From Eledone cirrhosa (taxonomy: Eukaryota): DNA of 64,000 bases. Location: assembly GCA_964016885.1 (NCBI GenBank), contig OZ024743.1, positions 55,738,001-55,802,000 of the forward strand. Direction: 5' to 3'. The notes beneath the pieces are model-generated. The model was not told the DNA's origin, did no database searches, and saw only the letters and a program-made list of their open reading frames with translations. Both the position numbers and the translations under genes were made by a program. How positions within the stretch are numbered: the first letter of the stretch is position 1; each line of letters opens with the position of its first letter. Below, in pieces: positions 14,801 through 31,774 of this stretch.

Positions 14801-15961
14801 TGAGAGTTGGGAAGGAACTCCCTGAAAGATATCCCCTTCATGGTAATCAAAAATCCACACCCAGGAAAATTGCCCAGCAGTACCGCAGTGAATCCATGGA
14901 TGAAAAACTGCATGATTATCAGCAAAAAATCATGCATGGATATGTTGCCAGGAAACTCCAGAGTGAGAGTAATATAGATAAGGAAAGTAGTCTATCTTGG
15001 ACCAACAACTGCTATATTGACTCCCACTTTGAAGGATCCGCTTTTGCAATCCAATAACAGGAAATCAACACAAAATACCTGATTTACAAAAGAGATAGAG
15101 ATGCAGGCAAAACACCTAGATGTGACAACAAGTACAGACTCTGCAGAATTCACATCGAAGAAGTCACCCATGTCATAAGCAACTGTCTAAAGATGTCATC
15201 ACGGTACTATCTACCTATGGCCAAAACACTGTACAACGCAATCCGTAGAAAAGATAGTCCCGACAATAAACACATTAAAAGCTACAGCAATGTGGAAGAC
15301 ATACGCATACATAATATAAATAATATAAAAGAGTACTGGTGGAATTTTCCAGTAAAAACACCAATAAAATGCAGGCATAACAGACCAGATATAAGGATAT
15401 GGGACAGTGAAAAGAAGGCATGCACAGTAGTGGAAGTTAGCTTCCCAGAAGATGCCAATATAATATTAAAGATCAGCGAAAAGGAGAATATCTATGCAGA
15501 ACTAATGAGAAATCTACATATACTCCACCCTGACTATACCTTCAGATTTGTGCCTGTCATTATTAGTGCACTGGGATATGTTAGTAACTACCTTAATATA
15601 AATCTTGAGAAGCTGGGCTTCACAGGAACAGAAAGAACAAGACTAGTTAGGAAATGACAAGTACAATCCATTAATGGAACAGTAAAAATATGTAAAACAT
15701 TCTAAAAATTCTGCATCTAATAACTGCATATATACTTATACAGATACAAAGCATCTGCACATGCACACATATAACTCAATAACATCCACATCCACACATG
15801 CAATAACATCCATACCTGCACACACATGCATGCATGCATGCAGACATACATATCTACCTAGTTGATGTTGTGTAATTTCCAATGAGGGAGTCTTGTAACT
15901 TTGTTAGAAACTGACTCTCTCACTATTGGTAAAAATTTGTGAAATTATAAAACCAAAGGAA
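11867..15961 (+). mobile_element. Near full-length decayed R4/Dong-like non-LTR retrotransposon (RT + CCHC + restriction-like endonuclease)
   Basis: WLDYRKAFDSVPHSW, GIFQGDSLS, FVDDLKLY, GMEFGQDKC, RLYLKRKQGGRGL, HNRPD...VEVSFP...KENIY; many stops and frameshifts; both flanks are (TACA)n; SINE fragment at ~12830-12922. Confidence 0.88.
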
Positions 15962-16002
15962 CATACATACATACATACATACATACGTACGTACGTACAT
16001 AC

Positions 16003-16390
16003 ATGATGGCTGCCCCCTCGTTATCGAGTATGACCATTGCACGATATACCATTATTAATAATTATTTATTAATTCTATCGTGCAATGCCTGTGTGTGAAG
16101 ATATTTTTTTAAATGAGGAAAGACTGTGCGCTGAGCCAATCCCACTCTCTGAGCGACAGTAGCTATAACCCGAAAAGAAGAAAATATCAACATCATCGGT
16201 AACTACTGAGCCACAGGTTTTATATCGGAGTTATCCCAGTTTCCTGAGTTGCCTTCTCCTAGAAGAATGCCCTGACAAAGGCTAGGGGTCCTTCACTCCC
16301 AGTGGTTTAACCACGCGATCGGGTGTCCAGCCCGATTATTTCTATGTCCCCGCGCATGTACATACACATGCACCCATGCATATACACATA
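16003..16390 (+). mobile_element. Structured non-coding module (copy A')
   Basis: Close match to 10349-10740; flanked by (TACA)n. Confidence 0.8.
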
Positions 16391-16846
16391 TACATACATA
16401 ACGTACATACATACATACGTACATACATACATACATACGTACATACGTACATACGTACATACATACATACATACATACATACATACATACATACATACAT
16501 ACATACGTACATACATACATACATACGTACATACGTACATACATACATACATACATACATACATACATACATACATACGTACGTGCGTACATACATACGT
16601 ACGTACGTACAAACATACATACGTACATACATACATACAGACATACATACATACATACATACATACATACATACATACGTACGTACGTACGTACGTACGT
16701 ACATACATACATACATACATACATACGTACGTACGTACATACATACATACATACATACATACATACATACATACATACATACATACATACGTACGTACGT
16801 ACATACATACATACATACATACATACATACATACGTACATACATAC
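16390..16846. repeat. (TACA/TACG)n microsatellite
   Basis: Visible. Confidence 0.95.
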
Positions 16847-17179
16847 AATATAGAGGTATTCAACTATACAACGAACGGTAGGTTGTAGTAGCAGCCTTAA
16901 GCTTTGTAACACGTTTACAATTTCCTCTTAGTTTACACGGGGTTTAGGTCTCATCATATAGATGGATAGATGCCATAACTGATTCTGACCGTAGTATGCA
17001 GCCAGGCTTTATTAGCTGGATGATGATGACGAAGGGGAGGAGAAGAGGGAGGAGGGGAGAGGGTAAATGTTGTTCGCGTAAGGTGGGACGACCAGCGTCA
17101 CAAACAGTCTCTCACCCCTTACCAGTCCTCACGGTGACGTGTTCATGACACCACATTGGCTTGGTGTGAACGAAATTGA

Positions 17180-18315
17180 GGATGTGGTGGTGTTTGTTGT
17201 TGTGATGGTGGTGGTGGTGGTGGTGGTGGTGTTTGTTGTTGTGGTGGTGGTGGTGGTGGTGGTGGTGGTGTTTGTTGTTGTGGTGGTGGTGGTGGTGGTG
17301 GTGTTTGTTGTTGTTGTGGTGGTGGTGGTGGTGGTGGTGTTTGTTGTTGTGGTGGTGGTGGTGGTGGTGGTGGTGGTGGTGTTTGTTGTTGTGGTGGTGG
17401 TGGTGGTGGTGTTTGTTGTGATGGTGGTGGTGGTGGTGGTGGTGGTGTTTGTTGTTGTTGTGGTGGTGGTGGTGGTGTTTGTTGTTGTGGTGGTGGTGGT
17501 GGTGGTGGTGGTGGTGGTGGTGTTTGTTGTTGTGGTGGTGGTTGTTGTGGTGGTGGTGGTGGTGTTTGTTGTTGTGGTGGTGGTGGTGGTGGTGGTGGTG
17601 GTGGTGGTGGTGTTTGTTGTTGTTGTGGTGGTGGTGGTGGTGGTGGTGTTTGTTGTTGTGGTGGTGGTGGTGGTGGTGGTGGTGGTGGTGTTTGTTGTTG
17701 TGGTGGTGGTGGTGGTGGTGTTTGTTGTGATGGTGGTGGTGGTGGTGGTGGTGGTGTTTGTTGTTGTTGTGGTGGTGGTGGTGGTGTTTGTTGTTGTGGT
17801 GGTGGTGGTGGTGGTGGTGGTGGTGGTGGTGTTTGTTGTTGTGGTGGTGGTGGTGGTGGTGGTGGTGTTTGTTGTTGTGGTGGTGGTGGTGGTGGTGGTG
17901 GTGGTGGTGTTTGTTGTTGTTGTGGTGGTGGTGGTGGTGGTGGTGGTGTTTGTTGTTGTGATGGTGGGTGTGGAATTACAGTTGTAGTGGTGGTGGTTGT
18001 GGTTGTGGTGGTGGTGGTGGTTGTGGTTGTGGTGGTGGTTGAGGTTGTTGTGGTGGTGGTGGTTGTGGTGGCGGTAGTTGTGGCGGTGGTGGTATTACAA
18101 TTGTGGTGTTATTGGTGGTATTGCTGTTGTTGTTATTAGTTGTTGTAGTATTAGTAGTATCAGGTATGGTGATAGTGGTTATGGAGTTGGTTGTGGTGTT
18201 GGTGGTGGTGTTGCTGTTGTTGTTAGTGGTAGTAGTATTAGTAGTGGGTGGTTGTGGTGGTGGTGATAGTGGTGGTGGTGGTGGGGTGCTGCTGGGTGTA
18301 GTGGTGGTGGTGGTA
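17180..18315. repeat. (GGT)n-based repeat with higher-order GTTTGTTGTT punctuation
   Basis: Visible; poly-Val ORFs are repeat translations. Confidence 0.95.
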
Positions 18316-18349
18316 TAGAATCCTTTCCTCAGAAAATGTTCGTTGGTAT

Positions 18350-18820
18350 TGCGCTGCTCCAGTCAACTCAACTGGCAAAAATGAGTTGTACCTGTAAATC
18401 AAAAACCAGCCTGGTCACACAGAGCGCTTCCCTGAATCTCCCTGTGAAATACGTCAAGGGTGTGGTGCACATCCCTGTGGTGGAGGTATGTGGCCTTGTG
18501 GTAAGGGTGTTGGACTTACAAACATAATGTTGTGGGTTGGATTTCTGGGCTGAGATCTGTGTTGTGTTCTTGAGCAAAACACTTCATTTTACGTTTCTCA
18601 GCCGGAAATTAGTACCAGCTATAGCTTGGCTGTTAATCCTGCAATGGATTGGCTTCCTTTCCAGCGGGGAGTCTTGTACTTTCAGTCGCTTCCCGCGACT
18701 GGGATAAGCACATGTATGGTGAGCCTCTTGGCTTGTGGAAGACTTTAGACAAGACTAGACATCCCCGTGGGATGCTTAACTCATTGCACATTAATTTAAC
18801 GAGCAAGCTTTTCCAGTAAT
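18350..18820 (+). mobile_element. SINE interrupted by a second tRNA-derived SINE (~18481-18758) with ~12-bp target-site duplication
   Basis: ACATCCCTGTGG (18469-18480) and ACATCCCCGTGG (18759-18770) flank the inner SINE; the outer SINE resumes afterwards. Confidence 0.75.
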
Positions 18821-18835
18821 CGGGAGTGACAGAGA

Positions 18836-19112
18836 TCACACACATACACACATACAAACACACTCACTCACACACCTGCACACATACAAACACACTCACT
18901 CACACACACATACACACATACAAACACACTCACTCACACACCTGCACACATACAAACACACTCACTCACACACACATACACACATACAAACACACTCACT
19001 CACACACCTGCACACATACAAACACACTCACTCACACACACACACACACATACAAACACACTCACTCACACACACACACACACAAACACACTCACTCACA
19101 CACCTGCACACA
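18836..19112. repeat. ~58-bp CA-rich minisatellite
   Basis: CACACCTGCACACATACAAACACACTCACT unit recurs. Confidence 0.85.
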
Positions 19113-19209
19113 TAACATAATTGTGTGTACCTCATTGTTTTATTGAAGTGTATAGTCAGATGCCTTTAAAGACATTGCTGTATGTCCAATGTAACGTATA
19201 TTAATTCGT

Positions 19210-19655
19210 ATGGTATGGTCCCACAACTCTTGATGGAGTCGTAGGGGCGTCGTAGTAACATATCGCGTTTCTTGGGCATGTTAAGCTTGGTAAAGCCCAT
19301 CCTTCTCCAAGCCTGAGTACAGCACCTTTCTTCCGGAGATGGATAGAAAATGAGAGAGAGAGGAAATGAGAAAGAGATATAGTGGAAGAATCAAAGCCCA
19401 GTACTAGACTGTTACTTTTTTTCTCGACCACGAAAGGATGACAGGCAAAGTTTGCCCAGGGAATGTTAGAAAGTAACAGCGAGGGAACGAGAAAGAGATA
19501 TAGAGGAAGAATCTAACCCAGATCTAGACTGGTACATTTTTTATAAAAGGCAACCTTCACCTCGGCAGGATTTGAGCGCAGAGAGCAGAGAGACGGAACG
19601 AATATCACAAAGCACTCTATCCGACGGCCTAACGACTCTGACAATTCGCGGCCGT
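19210..19655 (-). mobile_element. SINE with long 3' extension
   Basis: Homologous to 50840-51120 and 56590-56890 (AACTC.TG...AGTC.T..GG, AGCCCAT...TCTC, GAAGAAT). Confidence 0.65.
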
Positions 19656-19968
19656 ATATTAATAACCAGAGGGATAATTGAATCTATAATGACATGTAAT
19701 GGTCTGGAGAAACTTAATATCTATATAGCACTAAATCTCTTGATTTTCCCTTAGATGAGAGAAATAAATTATATCCCTTATAAAATGTTTCGTTTCTCCG
19801 TACATAAAATGATGTCATTTAGTGATCATAAGTAGCCTTTCAGTTGTAGTATATTGTCAATTCATTTGAATGCTGTCATTTTTTTTAATGTATTTTCTGA
19901 TTCTGTAAATATTTATTGCATTTGTTCTTTTGCAATTAATTACATATATATATATCTACGTATATATT

Positions 19969-20003
<35 letters not shown>

Positions 20004-20038
20004 GTATGTATATATATACATGTGTATACGCACACACT

Positions 20039-20070
<32 letters not shown>

Positions 20071-20097
20071 CATACATATATATATAAACATATATAC

Positions 20098-20158
<61 letters not shown>

Positions 20159-21389
20159 TGTGTGTCTGTGTTTGAGTCTTTGCTGTGTATAAGTGTATGT
20201 ATTCATATCTCCATCAGTCAATCTCTTTTTCAGTTCCCTGTGTTAATATTGATATATCATACTTAAATCTTTTATTCCTCTGCGGAATGATTATTTTATA
20301 TACATATTCATATATAATTGCTTCAGTTACTTCCATGGTTTAACGACTCCTTTTTTTGCCGATAGAATAATAGCGAAATTGTTAATTATAGGAGAAGAGG
20401 GAGAAATAGAGAATGGGAAAACTGGTGTAGACTATATAAAGACAAGAAACCTAGTCATAAACCATTAAGATGAATAATAAATAGAAAAACGAAATAGACT
20501 GAAGTGAGGACAAAATTAAAAAAGAAACAGGGTTACATGATGTTTAAAAAATAGTTTCTGTAATTTCGGAACGAACATCAACACACATTTAGATTAACAA
20601 ATAAATGTGATCCTATTCATAATTGTTGATTAAACCCAATATTTGTTGGTGTTGAAGAATCCCAGCCCATTAAGATTAAAAATAACATCATTTTAAAAGC
20701 CCTTAAACAACTAAAAGGCATGTTGGTTAGAGGTGGGTAGGAATACGAGGATTTTGTAAAGCTGTTTTAAACAGAATATGGATAGTATTACTCGGTTTTC
20801 TTTCTTTCAATACTTCTTCCGCTATTTATCAATAATATGTTGTAATAATATTGTTGACCATAGTAATCGTTTTCCTTCTAATAAATACTGACTGAAATCT
20901 GTGTTTTTCCATCCGACATTATCAACAATTATGTCTACACACATCACAGGTGGAAGCCATGGGAAAGCAGTAGGCAGCAGATCCTCCCGCATGGTTCTCT
21001 GATAACGTCATCGATGTCTGTGTAACTTCATATGAACAGTGACCGATGAGCTATCCGGGGTTATATGCAATTAATACTAACTAATCTTTCTCAATTGACT
21101 TACTGTCAGCCGTAATGGCAACTAATAAATCAATCATACTACGTTGGTAATGAATAACTTCCTAAGACATCCTACTGCTATTCATGCCACTGCTATTTCG
21201 GCTGCATGCAGCTTTTCACATTGGAAAATTGGTGTTATCATAGCCAGCCCTAGGTTGATGTCTACACTATCACACGCAGCTTATGTTGGTGGCCCACTGT
21301 TGAAAGCATCAGTTCTATAATGAATAATATTGTTGCTGTTGTTGTTGTTGCTGTTGTTGTGACTGCTGTTGTCGATCATGGTGTTGGTG

Positions 21390-21472
21390 ATCATCCGTCG
21401 GTTCCGACGACGAGTGTACCAGTTCAGAAGGGAACTTTGAGCTTTGTAGAGAGTCTGAATATTTAGAAGTTG

Positions 21473-21549
<77 letters not shown>

Positions 21550-21770
21550 TGTGTCTGTGTCTGTGTGTGTGTTGTGTGTTGTGTTAGACTTCCACCGATT
21601 CAAATGATCAGTGTTCTAGTTGATTCGATCAACTGCTCGAGAAATTAACGTGAATTGGATGAGCATTCCTCAGGCACGACTACACTTAACGTAATTCTTA
21701 GGAAAATTCAGCGGCATACAGTGTGTGGGATAATACTGGCCACTTTGAATTACAGCACAACTCATTTTCT
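21390..21770 (-). mobile_element. CORE-like SINE interrupted by (GT)n
   Basis: Reverse complement matches the SINE body at 18350-18820 and 1765-2020. Confidence 0.65.
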
Positions 21771-21889
21771 CCTGCAGGATGGACTGAAGCAACATGAAAA
21801 AAAAAAGTTTTGTTCAAGAACAAAACGCGACACCGTTATATAATAATGGTGAAAATATGAAATTTGGTTGTTTATATCCAATAGTAAAA

Positions 21890-22250
21890 AAGAATATAGT
21901 GTTAAATACTGTGGCTTGTCCAGCCGCTTTCTCTTTGCACGTGTCGCCGTCGAGACCTTAGGAGTCCTCAAACCCAGTACAGCTGAGATCCACCGTAAAA
22001 TAGGAACCTCAACAGCTCGTCTGAGGAGGGGACCCTACGAGGAGGGGTGTCTGTTTTAGCGGGTGTCGCCTGTGATTGTCTGCAGAAATGCCTTCGCAGT
22101 TTTGTCCACGGGATACAGCCGAAACACCACCTTGGCCTAGGCACAGAGGTTGTCACCCTCTTCCCTTGCCCCTCTCTTTCTCCTGTTGCCAAATAATCCT
22201 GGCTCTTTCCCGCCTTTTCTTCTCATTTATGGCATTTATAGTATTTGCCT
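21890..22250 (+). mobile_element. 3' end of a CRE-like non-LTR retrotransposon (restriction-like endonuclease)
   Basis: KYCGLSSRFLFARVAVETLGVL...IG...LF*RVS..IV.RNA matches the KY..L....F.P.AVET.G...QR.S..IQRGNA pattern. Confidence 0.65.
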
Positions 22251-22769
22251 ATACAGCTAAACCCATACTTGTTTAACCTTTCCCCCTTGTTTTTTCATTA
22301 CTTAAATCTTTTAAATCTTTCCATCATTACATAACTTGTTTGTAAAATGTAGTAAACATGACTGCAAAATGTTTAGAGGTGTATTTGAAGGCACACGCTG
22401 GCTGACTGTTGAACTGGCCAGCGAGACGAAACATATAAGTAACTGTCATCTTTTGTATGATAAATTATTTATTTGACTCCAGATTTCTAAATCAGATAAT
22501 GTTTTAGTTGCGTATTGAACCTGTATTGAGTGTTATCTAACAAGTGTTGTGTAGTTGTCTAATTATTTAACGACAACCAATCATATCACAATCACGTGTT
22601 TCAAGTGTGCTCATGTTTTTTTGCCTATATATTATGCTTCAGCTAAACGGGAGTACACAATATTATCCAAAAGATTTGAAGTACAGTCTGAGCGCTCTGA
22701 CGGTTCGTGGAGTACACATTTCTTTCTGTTGCTACGAAATTATATTCAGTATTATTATTGCATCCTAGA

Positions 22770-22985
22770 TGTGGATTGGCAGTATCGCTAGAGAGTCGGA
22801 TGTCATGCTTTGCAGGATAGATTTACGACCCTTTATGATCTGAGTTCAAATCATGCTGAGGTTAACTTTGCCTTTCATCCTTACGGGGTCGATAAAATAA
22901 AGTACCAGTCACGTACTGGCGTCGATTTAATCGACTTTCCTCTCCCCAAAAGTTGCTGGCCTTGTGCCTATATAAGAAACCATTG
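22770..22985 (+). mobile_element. tRNA-derived SINE with Meta/Nin-like central domain
   Basis: GAGTTCAAATC B-box; TTTGCCTTTCATCCTTACGGGGTCGATAAAATAAAGTACCAG; further copies at 59165, 60685, 63368 and on the minus strand near 35150, 38090, 51000 and 56740. Confidence 0.85.
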
Positions 22986-23199
22986 TTGTTACATCCTCGC
23001 TACAGTTCAACAGTTCTGCAGTTTATTGTGCTTTATTGTGTCGAAATAGAAATTTGTAATTTACTGTTCCTTGTTCAATTACATAAGCATATAATTTAGG
23101 GAAATAAACAAAATACCACAATTTTATAGATGTATGATATACACTTAGAACGTTATCGCGCGCGCGTGTGTGTAGCATTATTATGATTATTCGCGTATA

Positions 23200-23315
23200 G
23201 TGCGCATTTCGCGATCAATCACCTCAAGGCACAATCAAGATGATTTGCGGACGATTCCAGATTCGGGCACGATCGATGCTGATTGTACTTTGAGCTGATC
23301 GATCGCGAAACGTGA
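23200..23315. repeat. Diverged fold-back element related to 4981-5205
   Basis: TTTCGCGATCAATCACCTCAAGG ... TTTGAGCTGATCGATCGCGAAAC; shared central GATTC.AGA.TCGGG. Confidence 0.7.
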
Positions 23316-24481
23316 ATAAAAATGATGATGCTATTTTGATACCTCGATCCTACTTCTTCTTCTTATAATTATTATTATTAACACTGCTTCTTAAGGATAC
23401 CGACTACGGTGTAATTCCAAATGTACAATACCACAACGGCAACCGGACCCACTTAGGCACCGAGTGCTCAAACTGGTGAATCAATAATAACATAAAGTTA
23501 CACACACAATGTTAAGGTATCAAAACATATTCAATATTTATGATGACCATGTTTCTCATTAAATGAGCTCTGTGAACCTTAGTTCAGAGTATCAATAATT
23601 CAAATTTAAAAGATATATTCAGACTGAGAGAAAAAGTCATATAATATTTGAGAAACACATATACAATTTTTTCCAGCTTAAGTATCTATTTTTTGCTGAT
23701 TATTATCTGTATTATATATGTGTACAAAATAATCTGTTTCTCAAATGATATATGACATTTTCTCTCTCTCAAAATATATCTTTTAAATTTGAAATATATA
23801 CACACACACACACCCACACACGCACCCCTCCCCAATATATATATATTGTTATCACAAAATTGTAGGATTCTCAAACACGGAAGTAGCTGTAAAAGCAGCC
23901 AGTTGCTACTATGCATAGCAAAAGTCACGTTAAAATATAACCTCATAAGAGCGGAAGAACGGTCAGAGCATGAAAGAAAGTGAGTTTAAAACATATGATG
24001 AGAAACGAGTGATGTGTGAAGAGAGAGAGAAGAGAACGATGGAACAAAAATATATATATATATATATATATTTAGAAATACGAAAGAGAAAAAAACATTG
24101 AAGATAGAATTAAAAATGGAAACCAAATATAAACAAAGGGCTATTGCGTCATCAGCTCATCAGCTTCCTTCCAACCAATATGATTTCGCGCGTGGGGAAA
24201 GGAAATATCAACTCATATGGCGCTGGTATAAAGAGAAACAAAACAAGACAGTAGAGCCGTGGCCAACAGAAAAATTAGCTGTCTGTTTCTCTGACGAAAA
24301 CAGCTGCTGCTGTACGCAAGAAGACAGGGGAAGTAGCAGCAGTAGCTATGATAGCAGCATGGGAGACCGGCGAGAGAGAGGGAGACTTTTGGAGGGTAAA
24401 TGTATCAATGAAAATACACAAACAATTTGAGTTTCACTTCAGGTTTATTATTAATAAGATAATTAAGTTTCTCTACAGTAG

Positions 24482-25464
<983 letters not shown>

Positions 25465-25482
25465 ATTATATATATATAATTA

Positions 25483-25637
25483 TTAATATAGAAATGGCCT
25501 CTACAGGACTAAAACTGTTTAATTCGAAGGATGAAACAGTTCTAATCCTGTAGAAGCCATTTCTATATTAAACATTTATACTCTGCTATGTATTGAGTAC
25601 CTTGTCTACTGTGGTTACCTCCGATTGAACCCCGGAT
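25483..25637 (+). mobile_element. Short fold-back PLE-like terminus (38-bp arms plus tail) with HHR 3' half
   Basis: 25483-25520 pairs with 25534-25571; GAA-ACAG...CTGT-A; tail resembles the reverse complement of 63830-63860. Confidence 0.7.
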
Positions 25638-25708
25638 ACACACATATATATATAACTATATACACACATATATATATAACTATATACACACATATATATA
25701 TAACTATA

Positions 25709-26490
25709 GGAAGCCGGTCGGAGTATTGCTTAAAGCTTTCTCTGTTAATGTATTAAATATTATACTCTTGATTTGGCCAGGGATGAATATTTCCAGATAC
25801 CTTTTACGTATGACTTTCCGTATTTATTCTTTGTATGAAATATTGATTGTTCTTGCGGTATCTTATCTCTGTTTTTAGCCTAAGAAAATACCTATATGCG
25901 TGTATAAATAATACATGCATATATTTATTTTTTTATATCCAATTGAGTTCTTCACACGCAAGGTTAAATTTATTGAAAGAATTAATTGACCCGCGTGCAT
26001 ATTATTTTATTCTCTTATATTTTGCGATGACCTCCCCTTTCCCTTTCCGCTTGATGGCAGTGTGAGATTTCTCATTCTGAGACTGCTGGAATTTCAAATT
26101 TGGCGGTCATTCTGACACGGAAGGGCACCATCTCTGAACATTAATATCGGTAAGGGTTTTTTTTATATCGATATTTGACGGGCATCCACTGATGATTTAT
26201 AAGTGCCCACCTACATATATTCCTACCGACTATGTGTAGGCTTCTACATAACCTGGACATGATTTTCCCAATTTGTAGAAAACTTATAATGAAACAATTG
26301 TTTGGAAAGAGAGATGTATTTTAATTATGTCTCATATAAAATAATACAACTGGCTATCCGCAAAATACGTATAGTTAGCACCCCAAACGTAAAATTGGGA
26401 TTATACTAAGGTATATCCTAATGTTTGTTGAGTGAGATGGAAGCCGGTCGGAGTATTGCTTAAAGCTTTCTCTGTTAATGTATTAAATAT
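25709..26490 (+). mobile_element. Non-coding PLE-like partial-tandem element (52-bp direct repeat, offset 730)
   Basis: GGAAGCCGGTCGGAGTATTGCTTAAAGCTTTCTCTGTTAATGTATTAAATAT at 25709 and 26439; contains an HHR; relative at 63571-63749. Confidence 0.8.
26185..26306 (+). ncRNA. Type I hammerhead ribozyme with branched stem II
   Basis: TCCA-CTGATGA-tTTATAAGT[two hairpins]ACTTATAAt-GAA-ACAATTGT-T-TGGA. Confidence 0.75.
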
Positions 26491-26651
26491 ATAACTATAT
26501 TTATATAAACGGAAAAATGAAACGAAATTTCATTTCTCACTCTTAGTACGGCTGTTACTTAAATATAAGTATGTATACGTACATACATATATGTATACAG
26601 ACGTACAGTAGTATGTATATATACATACATGCACACATATATATATGTACG

Positions 26652-26694
<43 letters not shown>

Positions 26695-27312
26695 AAATTC
26701 TATCAGTTGATGATACAACAACAGTATAAGGCGTTCAGATATTTAACGCTCAGACGTGGTTTATTATATAACCAGATTTGCGAAACATGTTTCAGTGGCA
26801 AATTCAGTTGATATACTTCTGGCCATGTTAGATTTATAACCACTGAGCATATATTAACACAAAAAATAGATCACCAAGTTTCAAAAATTAATACATTATT
26901 TATTTGATGTACACATGTTTCATTCACTAAAGATATTCTTTACAATACCCTTATAGAGAGATAATCGGGATCAATTATATATACATATAAAAAGTGTTTA
27001 ATTACCGACCAATCTATGTGCATACCATCATGGCTCAAGCGACAAAATGTAAACAAAGGTTATGGAAGGTGGGTATACCCAATTTCCACAAACATTCGTA
27101 GTTTCAGATCATAGGGTTAGTGGCAAATGTACTATTATTTGTAAATAGTTGTTTAGACTATCGTCTTGTGCTTTGCTCCTTTTCTTTGCCCATTTGTTAC
27201 TGTCCCCTGTGCATTAGAGCCAGCTGTATTGACCTTGAAGTACTAAAACAATGTATCTCTAGCGGTCAACTGATGAAATGGGACTACTGACCATATACGT
27301 TCATTTTCCTGC

Positions 27313-27351
<39 letters not shown>

Positions 27352-27425
27352 GAACAGATTAAAGTTTAAAAAAAGAATCGCTGCTTTCAACCTTAACGGA
27401 TTTTAGACGTCACATTTATTATTAC

Positions 27426-27465
<40 letters not shown>

Positions 27466-27784
27466 AGTGTGTGTGTGTGTATTCCTTATAAATCTACAGT
27501 TCTCACTACGGGATGTATCCCCCTTCAGCCGATTGAGGATGTCAAGGATTTGCTTATAACAGAAAATGTCGATGTCATTTTGGCTCTAAATATAACGCAA
27601 TTTTTCTGTCGTTATTCACACAGCCACCAAAAGCCTGTTGGGTTAGAAGATTGTAACTAATCCAAAGATCTAGATATTAAACGTTTTCTTTACTCACAGT
27701 ATTCCTCTGCCTTATATATGAATGCATAAATATGTAAATGCATGCTTACGTGGGAAAATGTGCGTAGATGTGAAAGTATGCCCT

Positions 27785-31240
<3,456 letters not shown>

Positions 31241-31774
31241 AGAGGGAGGAATTAAGGGGGTAGAGCAAAGAGCAGAGAGCAGACAGACGTTGAAAATAGC
31301 AATTGTGACATATGTAAAATTGATTAGTTTAACGAAACAGTACAAGAGAACACAGAAGGCGAGAGTAGAGCAATGTTTTATACATTGTAGAGAAGGTTAG
31401 TGATTTAAAGAGTAGTGAAGGGCGGGCAGGCGAGCAGAAACTACAGCTAGTGCTGTAATTTCTACTAATCTCTGCTCCAGTTGACAGTGGTGGCCTGTAA
31501 TTCAACGTATATTTGCCTTAGGACTTTATGGTTCATAACATATGCCGACTGATGTGTTTAATATATGGGAAGTTCGACTGGCAAAGCCATCAATCCTAGC
31601 AGCGCTGGAAACGGCCAATTGACGGCCAAAAGGATTTTCGATTGTAGATCTAATAATATTGCATATCAACGATATTTATGTTCTTCTACTTGACTTTAGC
31701 ACACTATAGTAGAGTATAATAGCAGAGGGGGTGAGCTGGGATATAATAAATGGATTGTTATTGTTATTGCTAGT

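Noticed and set aside
16110-16150. RNase P/MRP-like GAGGAAAG motif in the module
   Set aside because: Not conserved across copies and no matching CR-V partner found
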